Assembly: GCA_964016885.1 (NCBI GenBank)
Contig: OZ024748.1
Location: forward strand, 46,562,001 to 46,626,000
DNA: 64,000 nt
Direction of reading: 5' to 3'
Origin: Eledone cirrhosa
Taxonomy: Eukaryota
Of this stretch, positions 1-17,461 are shown piece by piece; position 1 is the first letter of the stretch; each line of letters opens with the position of its first letter. Position numbers and translations under genes: made by a program. The notes below the pieces were generated by a model. The model was not told where the DNA came from and made no database searches. It saw only the letters and a list, made by a program, of their open reading frames with translations.

Positions 1-447
1 TTGTTGTTGTTGTGGTGCTAGTGGTGGTGGTGGGGCAGGAGGTGCTAGTGGTGGTGGTGGGGCAGGAGGTGCTAGTGGTGGTGGTGTGATGGTCGTGGTG
101 GTGTGGTGGTAGTAGAGCTGGTAGTGGTGGTGGTGGGTAGTACTGGTGATGGAGGTGGTGGTGTGGTGGTGGTGGTAGTGGTTGATGCTGTGGTGGTGGT
201 TGTGGTGGTGGTGCAGGAGGTGCTAGTGGTGGTGGTGGTGGCACTAGTGGTGTGATGGTGGTGATGGCTGTGTGATGGTGATGGTGATGGTGGTGGTGGG
301 GGTGGTGATACCTGGGCGTGTTCGTGGTGGTAGTAGTACTGGTGGTGGTGGCGGTGCAGGTGGTGGTGGTAGTAGAGGTGTTGGTGGCGGTAATGGTAGT
401 GGTGGTGATGGTGGTGGTAGTGGTGGTGATGGTAGTGGTGGTGCTGG
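1..447. repeat. Degenerate (GGT)n trinucleotide microsatellite
   Basis: GGT/GAT/GGTA triplet runs read directly. Confidence 0.95.
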
Positions 448-464
448 GGAAAAGATTATATTAC

Positions 465-502
465 CTGTGTGTATGTGAGATAGCCGTTCTGGGTTATAAT
501 AC
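465..502 (-). CDS. Candidate 38-nt micro-exon (GIITQNGYLTYTQ or YYNPERLSHIHT), gene unknown
   Basis: Unique island between two repeat arrays; minus strand reads ctccgtgtcgtcgcag|exon|gtaata; two open frames. Confidence 0.3.
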
Positions 503-519
503 CTGCGACGACACGGAGT

Positions 520-2432
520 GGTGTATAGGTGTGTGTTGGCGTATAGGTGTGTGTTGGCGTATAGGTGTGTGTTGGCGTATAGGTGTGTGTTGGCGTATAT
601 ATATGTTGGTGTATATGTATGTTGGTGTATATGTATGTTGGTGTATATGTATGTTGGTGTATATGTATGTTGGTGTATATATGTATGTTGGTGTATATGT
701 ATGTTGGTGTATATGTATGTTGGTGTATATGTATGTTGGTGTATATGTATGTTGGTGTATATGTATGTTGGTGTATATGTATGTTGGTGTATATGTATGT
801 TGGTGTATATGTATGTTGGTGTATATGTCTGTTGGTGTATATGTATGTTGGTGTATATGTATGTTGGTGTATATGTATGTTGGTGTATATATGTATGTTG
901 GTGTATATATGTGTGTTGGTGTATATGTGAGTTGGTGTATATGTATGTTGGTGTATATGTATGTTGGTGTATATGTATGTTGGTGTATATGTATGTTGGT
1001 GTATATGTATGTTGGTGTATAGGTGTGTTGGTGTATATGTATGTTGGTGTATATGTATGTTGGTGTATATGTATGTTGGTGTATATATGTATGTTGGTGT
1101 ATATATGTGTGTTGGTGTATATGTGAGTTGGTGTATATGTATGTTGGTGTATATGTATGTTGGTGTATATGTATGTTGGTGTATATGTATGTTGGTGTAT
1201 ATGTCTGTTGGTGTATATATATATGTTGGTGTATATGTATGTTGGTGTATATGTGAGTTGGTGTATAAGTATGTTGGTGTATATGTCTGTTGGTGTATAT
1301 CTATGTTGGTGTATATGTGTGTTGGTGTATATGTGAGTTGGTGTATATGTATGTTGGTGTATATGTCTGTTGGTGTATATGTATGTTGGTATATATGTAT
1401 GTTGGTGTATATGTATGTTGGTGTATATGTATGTTGGTGTATACGTAGGTTGGTGTATATGTATGTTGGTGTATATGTATGTTGGTGTATATGTATGTTG
1501 GTGTATATGTATGTTGGTGTATATGTATGTTGGTGTATATGTATGTTGGTGTATATGTGAGTTGGTGTATATGTATGTTGGTGTATATGTATGTTGGTGT
1601 ATATGTATGTTGGTGTATATGTATGTTGGTGTATATGTATGTTGGTGTATATGTGAGTTGGTGTATATGTATGTTGGTGTATATGTATGTTGGTGTATAT
1701 GTATGTTTGTGTATATATATGTTGGTGTATATGTGTGTTGGTGTATATGTATGTTGGTGTATATGTATGTTGGTGTATATGTATGTTGGTGTATATGTAT
1801 GTTGGTGTATATGTGTGTTGGTGTATATGTATGTTGGTGTATATGTATGTTGGTATATATGTATGTTGGTGTATATGTATGTTGGTGTATATCTATGTTG
1901 GTGTATATATGTGTGTTGGTGTATATGTGAGTTGGTGTATATGTATGTTGGTGTATATGTGAGTTGGTGTATATGTCTGTTGGTGTATATCTATGTTGGT
2001 GTATATGTGTGTTGGTGTATATGTGAGTTGGTGTATATGTATGTTGGTGTATATGTCTGTTGGTGTATATGTATGTTGGTATATATGTATGTTGGTGTAT
2101 ATGTATGTTGGTGTATATGTATGTTGGTGTATACGTAGGTTGGTGTATATGTATGTTGGTGTATATGTATGTTGGTGTATATGTATGTTGGTGTATATGT
2201 ATGTTGGTGTATATGTGAGTTGGTGTATATGTGAGTTGGTGTATATATATGTTGGTGTATATGTAGGTTGGTGTATATGTATGTTGGTGTATATGTATGT
2301 TGGTGTATATGTATGTTGGTGTATATGTATGTTGGTGTATATGTGAGTTGGTGTATATATGTGAGTTGGTGTATATATGTGTTGGTGTATATGTATGTTG
2401 GTGTCTATATATGTTGGTGTATATGTATGTTG
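520..2432. repeat. 16-bp minisatellite (GTATATGTATGTTGGT)n, roughly 115-120 units
   Basis: Period 16 (tggtg at 721 and 737), with occasional 18-bp variants. Confidence 0.97.
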
Positions 2433-2639
2433 GAGTGATTGGGAGGTTGGAGGTGGGGTGGATAAAGTTCGATCTATCAATTGTTCAATAGATAGCAGGC
2501 AAATGGAATTGATAAAAGAGCTAATATCATTATTTCATCTGAGCACAGATCCGGGATTGCCAACGTAATCACCTATTGCCGCCATCAATATGTTCATCAT
2601 CGTTATCGTTATTACCAACATTACCAGCACTGCACATCA

Positions 2640-3350
2640 ACACCACCACCACAGCTACCACCACCAGCACCGCCATCACCCGCACAACCCATCAACACTA
2701 TCACCACCACCACCGCAACCACCCGTCCACACCACCACCACCACCACCACCACGGCCATCACTAACACTGCACATCAAACCACCGTCAACACTACCACTA
2801 AGACCGCCATGACCATCATCTTCAGCACTATCACCACCACCCACACAGCCAGCACTGCTAACAACACCACAGCCGGCTCCACTACCACAACCAACACCAT
2901 CACCATCACCACTGCCAAGACCATCATCACCAGCACTACCAGCACTACCACCACCAATACCCACACCAATAGCAAGACCATCACCATCACCACTGCCAAG
3001 ACCATCAGCACCAGCACTACCACCACTACCACAACTAAGACCATCACCATCACCACTGCCAAGACCATCAGCACCAGCACTACCACCATCACAACCACCT
3101 AGACCATCACTATCACCACTGCCTAGACCATCATCACTAGCACTACCACCACTACCACCACCAATACCCCCACTAACACCAAGACCATCACCACTGCCAA
3201 GACCATCATCACCAGCACTACCACCACTACCACCACCAATACCCCCACCAACACCAATACATCACCATCACCACTGCCAAGACCATCATCAACAGCACTA
3301 CAACCACTACCACCACAAAGACCCTCACCATCGGCACCACCACCACTATG
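2640..3350. repeat. Degenerate (ACC)n region with recurring ACTGCCAAGACCATC sub-unit
   Basis: Direct reading. Confidence 0.9.
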
Positions 3351-3487
3351 TAATTACAATCAACATTGCCCCCTCACCAACATACTGCTCCTGTTTCATT
3401 ATTACAACCGATTATAAGGACTGTGAACTGGCAAACTTGATCGACAGAACAAAGATACCAGTATTGTACGTGGATCAGTATAATATA

Positions 3488-3850
3488 TTGTTTCTAATTT
3501 TGGCACAAGGTCAGCAATTATCCCAGTGTATTACTGGTACATTATTCTATCGACTCCGGTCGGACGCCATGCTTTCCAGCATAGTTACGTCCCTTTACGA
3601 TCTGAGTTCAAATCCCGCCGAGGTTGACTTTGCCTTTCATCCTTACGGGGTCGATAAAATAAAGTACCAGTAATGCACTGGGTATTTGCTGGCCTTGTGC
3701 CTAACGTAGAAACAATTATTTTATCGACTCCGTAAGGATGAAAGGCAAAGTTAACCTCGGCCGGATTTGAACCTCAGATCATAAAGGGCCGAAACTCTTT
3801 GCGGTAAAGCATGGCCTTCGACTCTCTACCGATAATGCCAATCCAGCGGT
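3488..3850. mobile_element. Cluster of tRNA-derived SINE pieces (minus fragment, plus copy 3558-3720, minus copy 3716-3850)
   Basis: B-box GAGTTCAAATCC followed by GCCTTTCATCCTTACGGGGTCGATAAAATAAAGTACCAG core; about 20 related copies in the window. Confidence 0.9.
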
Positions 3851-4099
3851 ATAATATATAGAAGCCAGGTTTGTCTTTAGATTAAGTGGTGATTGTTTTT
3901 TTTATTGGATTATAAACAGGAACAATATGGCGGATGCAATGATATATAATGAAATATAATAAAACTAAATAAAAATAAAAATAGAAAAAATACTGATTTT
4001 GCTCCTCAATCAATGGAGTTTAAACATATATAAAGAAAAGATACAAGTGAAGAAATTGAATTTAGTACTGATAGACTAAGTATCCACACTCTATCACAT

Positions 4100-4409
4100 T
4101 ATATATATATATATATATATACATATACACGCGCGCACAAACACACATGTATATATATATGAGTGTGTATATCTATCTATATCCATCTGTATATATATAT
4201 ATATATATATATATGCATATATATATATATGGATATATATATATATGGATATACATATATGTCGATATACATATATATGCATATATGTATATATACATAT
4301 GTGTGTGTATATATATATATATACATATATGTATATATAAATCTAAATATACATCTGTATATATATATATATATACATATATGTATATATAAATATAAAT
4401 ATACATCTG

Positions 4410-4465
<56 letters not shown>

Positions 4466-4475
4466 TAAATATACA

Positions 4476-4560
<85 letters not shown>

Positions 4561-4789
4561 ATATATATATATATATGGATATATATATATACATGGATAT
4601 ACATATATATGGATATACATATATATATGGATATATATAGATATATATATACATGGATATACATATATATGGATATGCATATATATGTATATAAGTATAT
4701 ATACATATGTGTCTGTATATATATATATACATATATGTATATATAAATATATATATATCTGTATATATATATATATATATATATATGTT

Positions 4790-4842
<53 letters not shown>
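4100..4842. repeat. Compound (TA)n microsatellite
   Basis: Direct reading. Confidence 0.95.
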
Positions 4843-4844
<2 letters not shown>

Positions 4845-5183
4845 AATGTGTGCACTTATGTGGATATGTGGATTTGCAGAACGTCAAAAATCATACAAGA
4901 TGGTGTCTGCATTTGGAAGAAAAATATATTGTGACGTGACCGGAAACCACTTTGTAATGGAGATTTACAAAGAGTGATAGGAGTATAAAAGATTTAGAGT
5001 GTAGGGCAGGATATAACGTTAAGGGTGTAAGGGGGTTGTTTGAAAATGAGATTTGATGGTTGCATTTACACTTTTTCGGGAAAAATAAATGCGTTTGTTG
5101 TGTTAAGTGAAAGAAAGTTATTTTTTGTCTCTGTTGAAAGGAAGAAAGCAATGTATGAGTGTGTTTTTAAGTATGTATATATG

Positions 5184-6012
<829 letters not shown>

Positions 6013-6263
6013 TGTACTTGTCTATGTGTGTGTGTGTGTGTGTGTGTGTGAGTGTGCCTGTGTGTGTGTGTGTGTGTATGTGTGTATGTGAGTGTGTGTA
6101 CAAGAGTGTTAACTTTAAAGAGATATAGAATGGGATATATAATGAGTAGAATATCTAAGATTTATGACCAAATAATAAAAATAAATATGTTGACTGTAAT
6201 GCAAGGCTGAACACAGAGACAGACAGACAGACAGATAGATGGATTGATAGATAGATATGTATA

Positions 6264-6340
<77 letters not shown>

Positions 6341-6365
6341 TTCTTTATTTATATATATATATTTC

Positions 6366-6461
<96 letters not shown>

Positions 6462-6646
6462 TACTTAGGTAGATCAATATATATATAGAGACAGAGACAG
6501 AGAGAGATAGAGAGAGGGGGAGAGAGAGTGAGAGAGAGTGAGAGAGAGTGAGAGAGAGAGAATGTAATTACGATTAAAGAAAGCTGAATGAGAGGTAAAG
6601 AATTTGATTGAGAAAGAAAGCGGTGAAAAAATTTGAGGTGGATGAT

Positions 6647-6747
<101 letters not shown>

Positions 6748-6940
6748 AGTGAAAGATGGCCAGAGAGTCTAAACGAAGAGATGGAGAAATAAAAAGAGAT
6801 GTGATATAAAAAGTGTCTTATAAAAAATATACGTTTTGAAACGTTTCAAAACAGAAACATTTATGAAAAATCAACCATAACAAAATGAAAAGGAAGAATA
6901 CAGTTTCCGCGTATTTGTTATGGTAAGAAGACATATTGTG

Positions 6941-7040
<100 letters not shown>

Positions 7041-7329
7041 TACATTCATTCATAGAGACATACGCTCACACATACATACACACATACACACATACATACA
7101 TACATACATACATACATACATACATACTTATATATGTATGTCTAGTGTAAATAACGGAAATGGCCGACAAATCAAGCGTTCAACCATACAACAACAACAA
7201 CTACTACTACTAAAAATAATAAAGACAGTAGTACATTTCATATATCGGGTCAATGTATCAGCCAAAGAATGTAAACAAAGAAGAAATTGTATTCAAGATG
7301 TGTAGAAGACATTTTGAATTTGAAAGAAT

Positions 7330-7379
7330 ATGTTGATATATTTTGTGTGTGTAAGACACACACAAAATATATCAACATA
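7330..7379. repeat. Small perfect hairpin, ~24-bp arms with 3-nt loop
   Basis: atgttgatatattttgtgtgtgt-aag-acacacacaaaatatatcaacat. Confidence 0.9.
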
Positions 7380-7569
7380 CTTCTAAGGTTCTACTAAAAT
7401 ATATCATATAATTCTAAGGTACTACTAAAAGTGCTTCTTTTTATTTAACTTTACATTAAGATGACACTCGTCATTTAGAAATCATACTAGGGCAAATCTT
7501 TCAACCATAGAATGTTGAGATATATACATATACACATATATATGCATTCATATATACATACATATTTAT

Positions 7570-7900
7570 ATGATGGCTGCCTCTTCGTTATCGAGTATGG
7601 CCATTGCACGATATACCATTATTAATTAATTCTATCGTGCAATGCCTGTGCGCGAAGATATTTTTTAAAGTGAGGAAAGACTGTGCACTGAGCCAATCCC
7701 ATTCTCTGAGCGACAGTAGCTATAACCCGAAAAGAAGAAAAGAACAACATCATCTGTAACTACTGAGCCGCAGGTTTTATGTCGGAGTTATCCCAGTTTC
7801 CTGAGTTGCCTTCTCCCAGGAGAATGCCCTGACAAAGGCTAGGGTTTCTTCACTCCCAGTAGTTTAACCGCGCGTGATCGGGTGTCCAGGTCGACTATTT
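7570..7900. mobile_element. Old dispersed repeat, possibly RTE-derived non-coding part; related copy at ~37460-37990
   Basis: Shared blocks ggctgcc..cgtt.tcgagta.ggcca, aatgcctgtgc and ccttctcc..gacaaaggcta in both loci; RTE assignment is from recall only. Confidence 0.45.
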
Positions 7901-7996
7901 CTATGTCCCCGCGCATACATATATACATATATACATACACAGATACGTACATATACACATATATATATATGTATTCATATTTACATACATACATAG

Positions 7997-8150
7997 AGTG
8001 AAGGCGCATGGCTTAGTGGCTAGGGCTTGCAATCGAAAGGTTGTGAGTTCAATTCTTGGACCGGGTGATGAGTTGTTTCCTTGAGCAAGACACTTTATTT
8101 TACGTTGCTCCAGTTTACTCATCTGTAGAAATGAGATGATAGGACTGGGG
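7997..8150 (+). mobile_element. tRNA-derived CORE-type SINE (resembles octopus OR-type SINEs)
   Basis: A-box TGGCTTAGTGG, B-box GAGTTCAATTC, CORE-like CCTTGAGCAAGACACTT...CTCATCTGTAGAAATGAG. Confidence 0.75.
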
Positions 8151-8495
8151 TTCCTATCATTAAATTACCCAAGACACCTCCAACGAGATATACCTTAGAG
8201 GAGGCCAGCTAAACCTGTATAAGTGTGAGCTGTTACACACACACACACACATACAGATACATACATATATACATACATACATAGATACGTACATATAAAC
8301 ATAAATGCGTACATACACACGTATCCACATAAATGCATACATACATATATATATACACACGCACAAAGAAGGAGAAATACATATGATTATACACGGCTGG
8401 AGGGCGAGAGAGAAATGTAAATGATTTCTTTTCAATGAAACTATATATATATATTTCGTTTCTGAATTATTGGCAACATGACCCTCCCAAAGTAT

Positions 8496-8532
<37 letters not shown>

Positions 8533-8536
<4 letters not shown>

Positions 8537-8793
8537 TCAGCTCAAAAGTGACACAGAGGAGACTGAGGTTAGCTGGACATGCTCACCGACATCCAGAGTT
8601 GACATTGCACTCAGTGCTCCTTTGGGAGCCCCTACATGGACACACTAGAAGAGGAAGACCAAGGTTAATGTATGTTGATGCCCTAAGGACAGACACTGGT
8701 CTGTTGGAGACTCAGGACATGGCAGCGATAATGAGGGACAGAGACCGCTGGAGAGAACTCGTCCATGGATCTCGGGAATTTTACCCGCCTTAG
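8533..8793 (+). mobile_element. 5'-truncated RTE-clade LINE, ORF C-terminus, inserted in (TA)n
   Basis: RRLRLAGHAHRH...LLWEP.HG..RRGRP..YVD...MRDRDRWR is the typical RTE C-terminal signature; (TA)n on both sides. Confidence 0.88.
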
Positions 8794-8894
8794 ATATATA
8801 TATATATATATATATATGCAAACAACCTCTTAATGGAATCAAGCAACAACAAAAAAGAGAAGATGGTGAAAGACAGAAACTATAACCCATTGTG

Positions 8895-9111
8895 AGCAGT
8901 GCCTTAGCAGCTCCACGTAGACAATATATGGCAAAGGTGTTATCGCGGAGAAATGACCACATATACGTGTTGCAACAGCCACCCTGATCAGGCGGGCTAA
9001 CGTCTTACGGACTTTACAGAGCAAATCAGCAGTGCGAGAACCAAAGACACCAGAGGTCTCGAGGGAAACCGGTGCAAAGAAGAAGCGGTAAGTCAGGCCT
9101 CGGTATTTAAC
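8895..9111 (-). mobile_element. Decayed CRE-like non-LTR retrotransposon restriction-like endonuclease fragment
   Basis: Minus strand KYRGLTYRFFFAPVSLETSGVFG...LL; after a frameshift WSFLRD..AI...RG, matching the KY..L...F.P...ET.G..G pattern. Confidence 0.65.
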
Positions 9112-9483
9112 TATCTGCCAGAGACGTCAGAGAGGCAAGAGGAAAGAGAGGAGAGATGAGAGAACGCAAGATTGCGAGAAAGTGGATGAACTAAGGCGTG
9201 AGAGTGGGAGAACTAGGGTGAGAGAGGGGGAGAACTAGGGTGAGAGAGAGGGAGAACTAGGGTGAGAGGTGAGTGAACTAGGGCGACATAGAGCGAGTGA
9301 CAGATGTTGGTTTGTTGTTGTATAAGAGGATGAGAGAGAAGGAGACGGGCGTTGTACTACTATATTTCCAATATTGTTGAGTGGGAATATGTCTTTTACT
9401 GTGACAGTTCTATTGATTGACAAACATTGGCATTCTACCTCAACTATTCAACCGTCTTCTATGGACACACACATATATATATC

Positions 9484-10122
<639 letters not shown>

Positions 10123-10519
10123 ATATATTCACACAATATATTCACATACATATGTATATTCATCGGTTTATAAGTAGGTCTCTATTTCTTCAGTGCGTGA
10201 AGTACTTTTCATCGCTTCAAGAAATGACAGAACCTTAAAATAGACATATGGCTTATTCTCTGCCAGAACTGATTCCAACTTCTTCTATTGGTTTGGCAGC
10301 ATATTTTATGGTACAATAGAGAATCTTTAGTATACTTTCATCAATGTTCCTGCTATTTGGCCCAAGGTCAACTAGGACCCAATAGTCTTCCTAGACCAAG
10401 AATGTTCTACTTATCGTCATGTAAACTAAAACAAACTATAGATTTATACATATCCCTGCTCTTCTTGGGGGGGTTGGGGTGGGGTCTATCAAGAACTACA
10501 TCACCCAATATATATTTCA

Positions 10520-11226
10520 TTGGATTGGTAGTATCGGTAGAGGGTCGGACGCCATGCTTTGTAGCAAAGAGTTACGGCCCTTTATGGTCTGAGTTCAAAT
10601 CCCGCCGAGGTTAACTTTGCCTTTCATCCTTACGGGGTCGATAAAATAAAGTACCAGTAATACACTGGATTAATTGCTGGCCTTGTGCCAAAAGTAGAAA
10701 CAACTATTTTCAAGACGACATTACGGCCCTTTATGTTCTGAATTCAAATCCTGCAGGGGTTAGCTTTGCCTTTCATTCATACGGCGTCAATAAAATAAAG
10801 CACCAGTAATGTACTGATGTTAATTTTAACGACTTGCGCCTCCCTTTCAAATTGCTGGCTTTGTGCCTAAAGTAGAAACAATTATTTTCAAGTCAACTGA
10901 GAGATTTGTTTGGTTAAATTAGGACAAGCTTTGTGGATTCCGTTCGCTCTCGAGTTTCTTTCCATTCGAAATCTTATCTCTCTTGACTGGATATGAACTC
11001 AGAATCTTAAGGGACGAAAAATTATTAAAAGTGATAATCGTTTCTACTTTTGGCACAAGGCCAGCAAATTACCCAGTACATTACTGGTACATTATTTTAT
11101 CGACCCCGTAAGGATGAAAGGTAAAGTTAACCTCGGCGGGATTTTAACTCAGATCATAAAGGGACGTAACTCTATGCTTCAAAGCATGGCGTCCGACTCT
11201 CTACCGATACTACCAATCTACCGCCC
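10520..11226. mobile_element. tRNA-derived SINE copies: two plus (10520-10890) and one minus (11038-11226)
   Basis: Same core as 3558; A and B boxes present. Confidence 0.9.
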
Positions 11227-12162
11227 TTTAAAAGTGATAATGATAATGATATTAAAAGTGATAATGATAACATTTGCTGGCCCAGTATATTGTTTGAGCG
11301 AAGGAGGAAGACTCCAATACTTGATCAATTCTTTATTTCTTGAACCCAGAAATAATGAAAGATTAAGTTAAACTCAACAAGATTTGCAAGGAAAAAATTC
11401 TAAAATGATTATTTTTTTTTTATATAAAAAAAAACACAATGCCAGAACGTTTGCTTTGTGCGGTGGGACAGGCAGGAAATAAAAGAGGTTTAACTCGACG
11501 CTAGTATATGACTGGTACCTTATTCTATATACTCCGAAAGATTGAAAGGTATAGCTGACGTTCTCGGGATTAGAACTCAGAACGTAAACAGTCAAAATAT
11601 ATTCTAGAATACAAATTTGAATGATAGTTTATCAATTCTTTAACAGTCTAACTTTTTATCAGAAACCACAGCGGTTCCAATGATTATTAATATATGCAAA
11701 ATATTAGACTAAGTATGCTAAATCCGAAATCAAGCGAAATCTCATTGCAAATGGCAATCATTGTAAGTGACCTACATACATACGGCAAGATTTCATTCTG
11801 GAAATCTGTAGAAAATGTTTAACTAAGCAAGACATTTGATAAATATATGATTAACTTAGGAATTGCCGTTCGCTTGACTTAATGGAGAAAAAATGACAAT
11901 ATGAATAATGACTTGGGTTGTTGTTGGTTTTGACAATGGTGGGTGGGCTTTAAGGGAATGTAACTAAGATCTTGATTGATTTATTGATCAAGATAAAACG
12001 ATATAAATATCAGGCTATAGATGATTGATTTATAATATTTGATTGTATTACTAACAAAGCATTTATGATTCACGCTTAAATTAATGTCTGGAGGAGTGTA
12101 TTAATGTAATGGAGCGTAAAATATCAGGCCTTCGTAACAATAAAGGCTCCAGCGATTCTTAC

Positions 12163-12315
12163 CATTAACTGATTGATTAAGGTTTGCCTGATTTGTATTG
12201 GTTTGTTATTATTACTATCAATATTATCGTTGTTATTTTTATTGTTGCTGTTTTTGTTATTCTTATTCTTGAATTTAGTAGGGGAACAAGTTCTGTGGTC
12301 GAAAGAGTTCCACAA
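12163..12315 (-). CDS. Candidate 153-nt internal exon (LWNSFDHRTCSPTKF...N-rich...RQTLINQLM), gene unknown
   Basis: Open frame bounded exactly by acceptor ttcgtttag and donor gtaaga, phase 0-0. Confidence 0.4.
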
Positions 12316-12386
12316 CTAAACGAATTTTTAACAATTGGATAATTCCTCTATCTTGATTGATTGGTGTATATATATACATACATACA

Positions 12387-12454
<68 letters not shown>

Positions 12455-12650
12455 GAAACACACATTATATATATACAATATATATATATATATTGAAAAA
12501 TGAGTCACTCCAGGTAGAACCGCATCTTGTCCGAACAGGCGCCAGAGGGTCGTTTCCAAGAAAATATCCTACATCCTTTGCACCTATATTCTAGAGTGAA
12601 CAAACACAACATTGATGTACAACAATTTTATCGAGGAGTATTACAAAATA

Positions 12651-13392
12651 TACAGGTGTCGTCGGAACAATTCATAGACTGAGCAAGATAATCTCATGGA
12701 CTGACCAAATGAGGTTTATTTCTCAAAATACTCCCAGGACAGACACAATGCAGTTATTAATAAGAAGAGTTGAAATTAATGCATGCAAGATTTCACAGGA
12801 CTTGCATTAGTCCTTCATAGACTGACCAAGATACTCTCATGGAATGACCAAATGAGGTTTATTTCTCAAAATACTCCCAGGACAGACACAATGCAGTTAT
12901 TAATAAGAAGAGTTGAAATTAATGCATGCAAGATTTCACAGGACTTGCATTAGTCCTTCATAGACTGACCAAGATACTCTAATGGAATGACCAAATGAGG
13001 TTTATTTCTTAACATAGTTCCTAGACAGAAACAACGCAGTTATTATTAAGAGTTGAAATGAATGCATGCAATTTCACAGCTGAGCATCACTCATTCATAG
13101 GCTGACCAAGATACTCTAATGGAATTACCAAATGATGTTTATTTCTCAAAATAGCTCTTGGAAAGAAACAATGTAGTTATTAATAAGAAGAGTTGAAATG
13201 AATGCATGGAAGATTTCACAGCCCTAGCATCACACATTCATATGCTGATGCAGATGCACTCATGGAATGACAAAATGAGGTTTATTTTTTAACATAGTCA
13301 TTGCAAAGTAACAATGGAGTTATTAATAAGAAGAGTTGAAATTTATGCATGTAAGATTTCACAGCCTACGAACTTTTCAGACTAAACTCGTA
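12651..13392. mobile_element. Mariner-like MITE whose interior is a ~143-bp tandem array (~5 units)
   Basis: Imperfect TIRs TACAGGTGTCGTCGGAACAATTCATAGACTG vs TACGAGTTTAGTCTGAAAAGTTCGTAGGCTG (22/31 identical); units start at 12673, 12816, 12959, 13096 and 13239. Confidence 0.7.
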
Positions 13393-13699
13393 TTATTTTC
13401 ATATGAAATTTAATAGAATTATATTATATTATATACGGTATCGGTTATATTATACGATGCAACAAAAATTAATTCAAACTCATTATGTATAACATTAGAT
13501 ATTATATGAAAATTGAAAGTTCAAAAATTATAGAAGCTGTTTATGAGCATGAAAAGTTATTTGAATGTGAATATATATAAAAATTAACACACATCTCATG
13601 ATGGTGTGTAAACTAGGATTGTAACATCAAACGGTTTTTGTTCTGATAAGGTATGTTTAAGTCGGTGTGGGTAATTTCATGTGTACATAAACAAATATT

Positions 13700-16059
<2,360 letters not shown>

Positions 16060-16270
16060 GTATTTATGTTTGCGTGTTTGCGCCTGCCCATATAAAAATG
16101 CCATTATATGTGAAATCTCATTAAAATGTTGCCATGTTTTTCTAGAAACGATATATATGTAGGTTTCTTTGGAATTCGAATGCACACTTCCAGCATTCCA
16201 TCTTTCGTTGTCAATCTGCTCCTCCCTAACTCATGTACATAAATATATATATATATATATAATATTTATA

Positions 16271-17215
16271 TGTGTAGAAATAAACACAGTACATCCCTTG
16301 TCTAAGATTACGAGGGTAGATTACACCACACATGTTATATATCATTCAAATTGAATCATATGGGATGTTACAAGATTTCTTACAATATTTCTCATACATA
16401 CCATATCAATAACCATTTCATATCCCGGACAGACTAAAGATTTAATCTGTCTCGCCCTGAAAGAATCGTGTTTGTAACAAGTAATCTGTAGGCATTTCGT
16501 TAGCGAGAGATACTTTTAGACACGGGATTTACTGTTTACTTCTCCACATGTTAATATTATAATTGTTTCTACTTTAGGCACAAGGCCAGCAATTATCCAG
16601 TGCATTACTGGTACTTTATTTCATCGACCCCGTAAGGATGAAAGGTAAAGTCAACCTCGGCGGGAATGCTCAGTATTTATACTTTGAGCTTGTTAATTGC
16701 AGGGTATCTATATGAGTTAATAACTCTATATTGTATTTGTCTTTCGGCTCCTTATCTGTTGAGCTTATAAAAATGAGTGTAAATAGGCTATTATTTCTAG
16801 CATAACCACTCGCACCGCATATGGCTTTCAACGCAAGAGGTGTAAACTTTAGGGAGTTTATCGTTATAGGTGTTGTGTAACATTTAATCTTATCTCTCGC
16901 TGACGAAATGCCTACGGATTACTTGTTACAAACACGATTCTTTCAGGGCGAAACAGATTATATCTTTAGTCTGTCCGGGAGATGAAATGGTTATTGACAT
17001 GGTATGTATGAGAAATCTTGTAAGAAATCTTGTAACATCCCATATGATTCAAGTTGAATGATATATAACATTTGTGGTGTAATCTACCCTCGCAATTTTA
17101 GACAAGGGATGTACTGTGTTTACTTCTACACATACTAATATTATAATGCTCAGTATTTATACGTTGAGCTTGTTAATTGCAGGGTATCTATATGAGTTAA
17201 CTCTATTTTATTTGT
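16271..17215 (+). mobile_element. PLE-type pLTR remnant: inverted arms 16271-16511 / 16891-17131 plus partial direct repeat, SINE fragment at 16560-16665
   Basis: ~240-bp inverted repeat; 16515-16740 directly repeats 17097-17215; contains an HHR. Confidence 0.8.
16892..16983 (+). ncRNA. Type I hammerhead ribozyme variant
   Basis: Helix I ATCTCTCG/CGGGAGAT, CTGACGA (16900), AAT insert, helix II GCC../..GGC, GAAA (16950), helix III ACAGATTA/TAGTCTGT, GUC cleavage after 16975. Confidence 0.75.
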
Positions 17216-17279
17216 ATATACATATATATATATATATTAATAATAATAATAATACTATTTATAGTTATGTATATACTAT

Positions 17280-17461
17280 AATTGCTTCTACTTTTGGCAC
17301 AAGGCCAGCAATTATCCCAGAGCATTACTGGTACTTTATTTTATTGACCCCGTAATGATGAAAGGCAAAGTTAACCTCGGAGGGATTTGAACTTAGAATG
17401 GCAAGGGCCGTAACTCTATGCGTCAAAGCATGGCATCCGACCCTCTACCGATACTGCCAAA
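17280..17461 (-). mobile_element. tRNA-derived SINE
   Basis: Reverse complement of the same SINE core. Confidence 0.9.
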
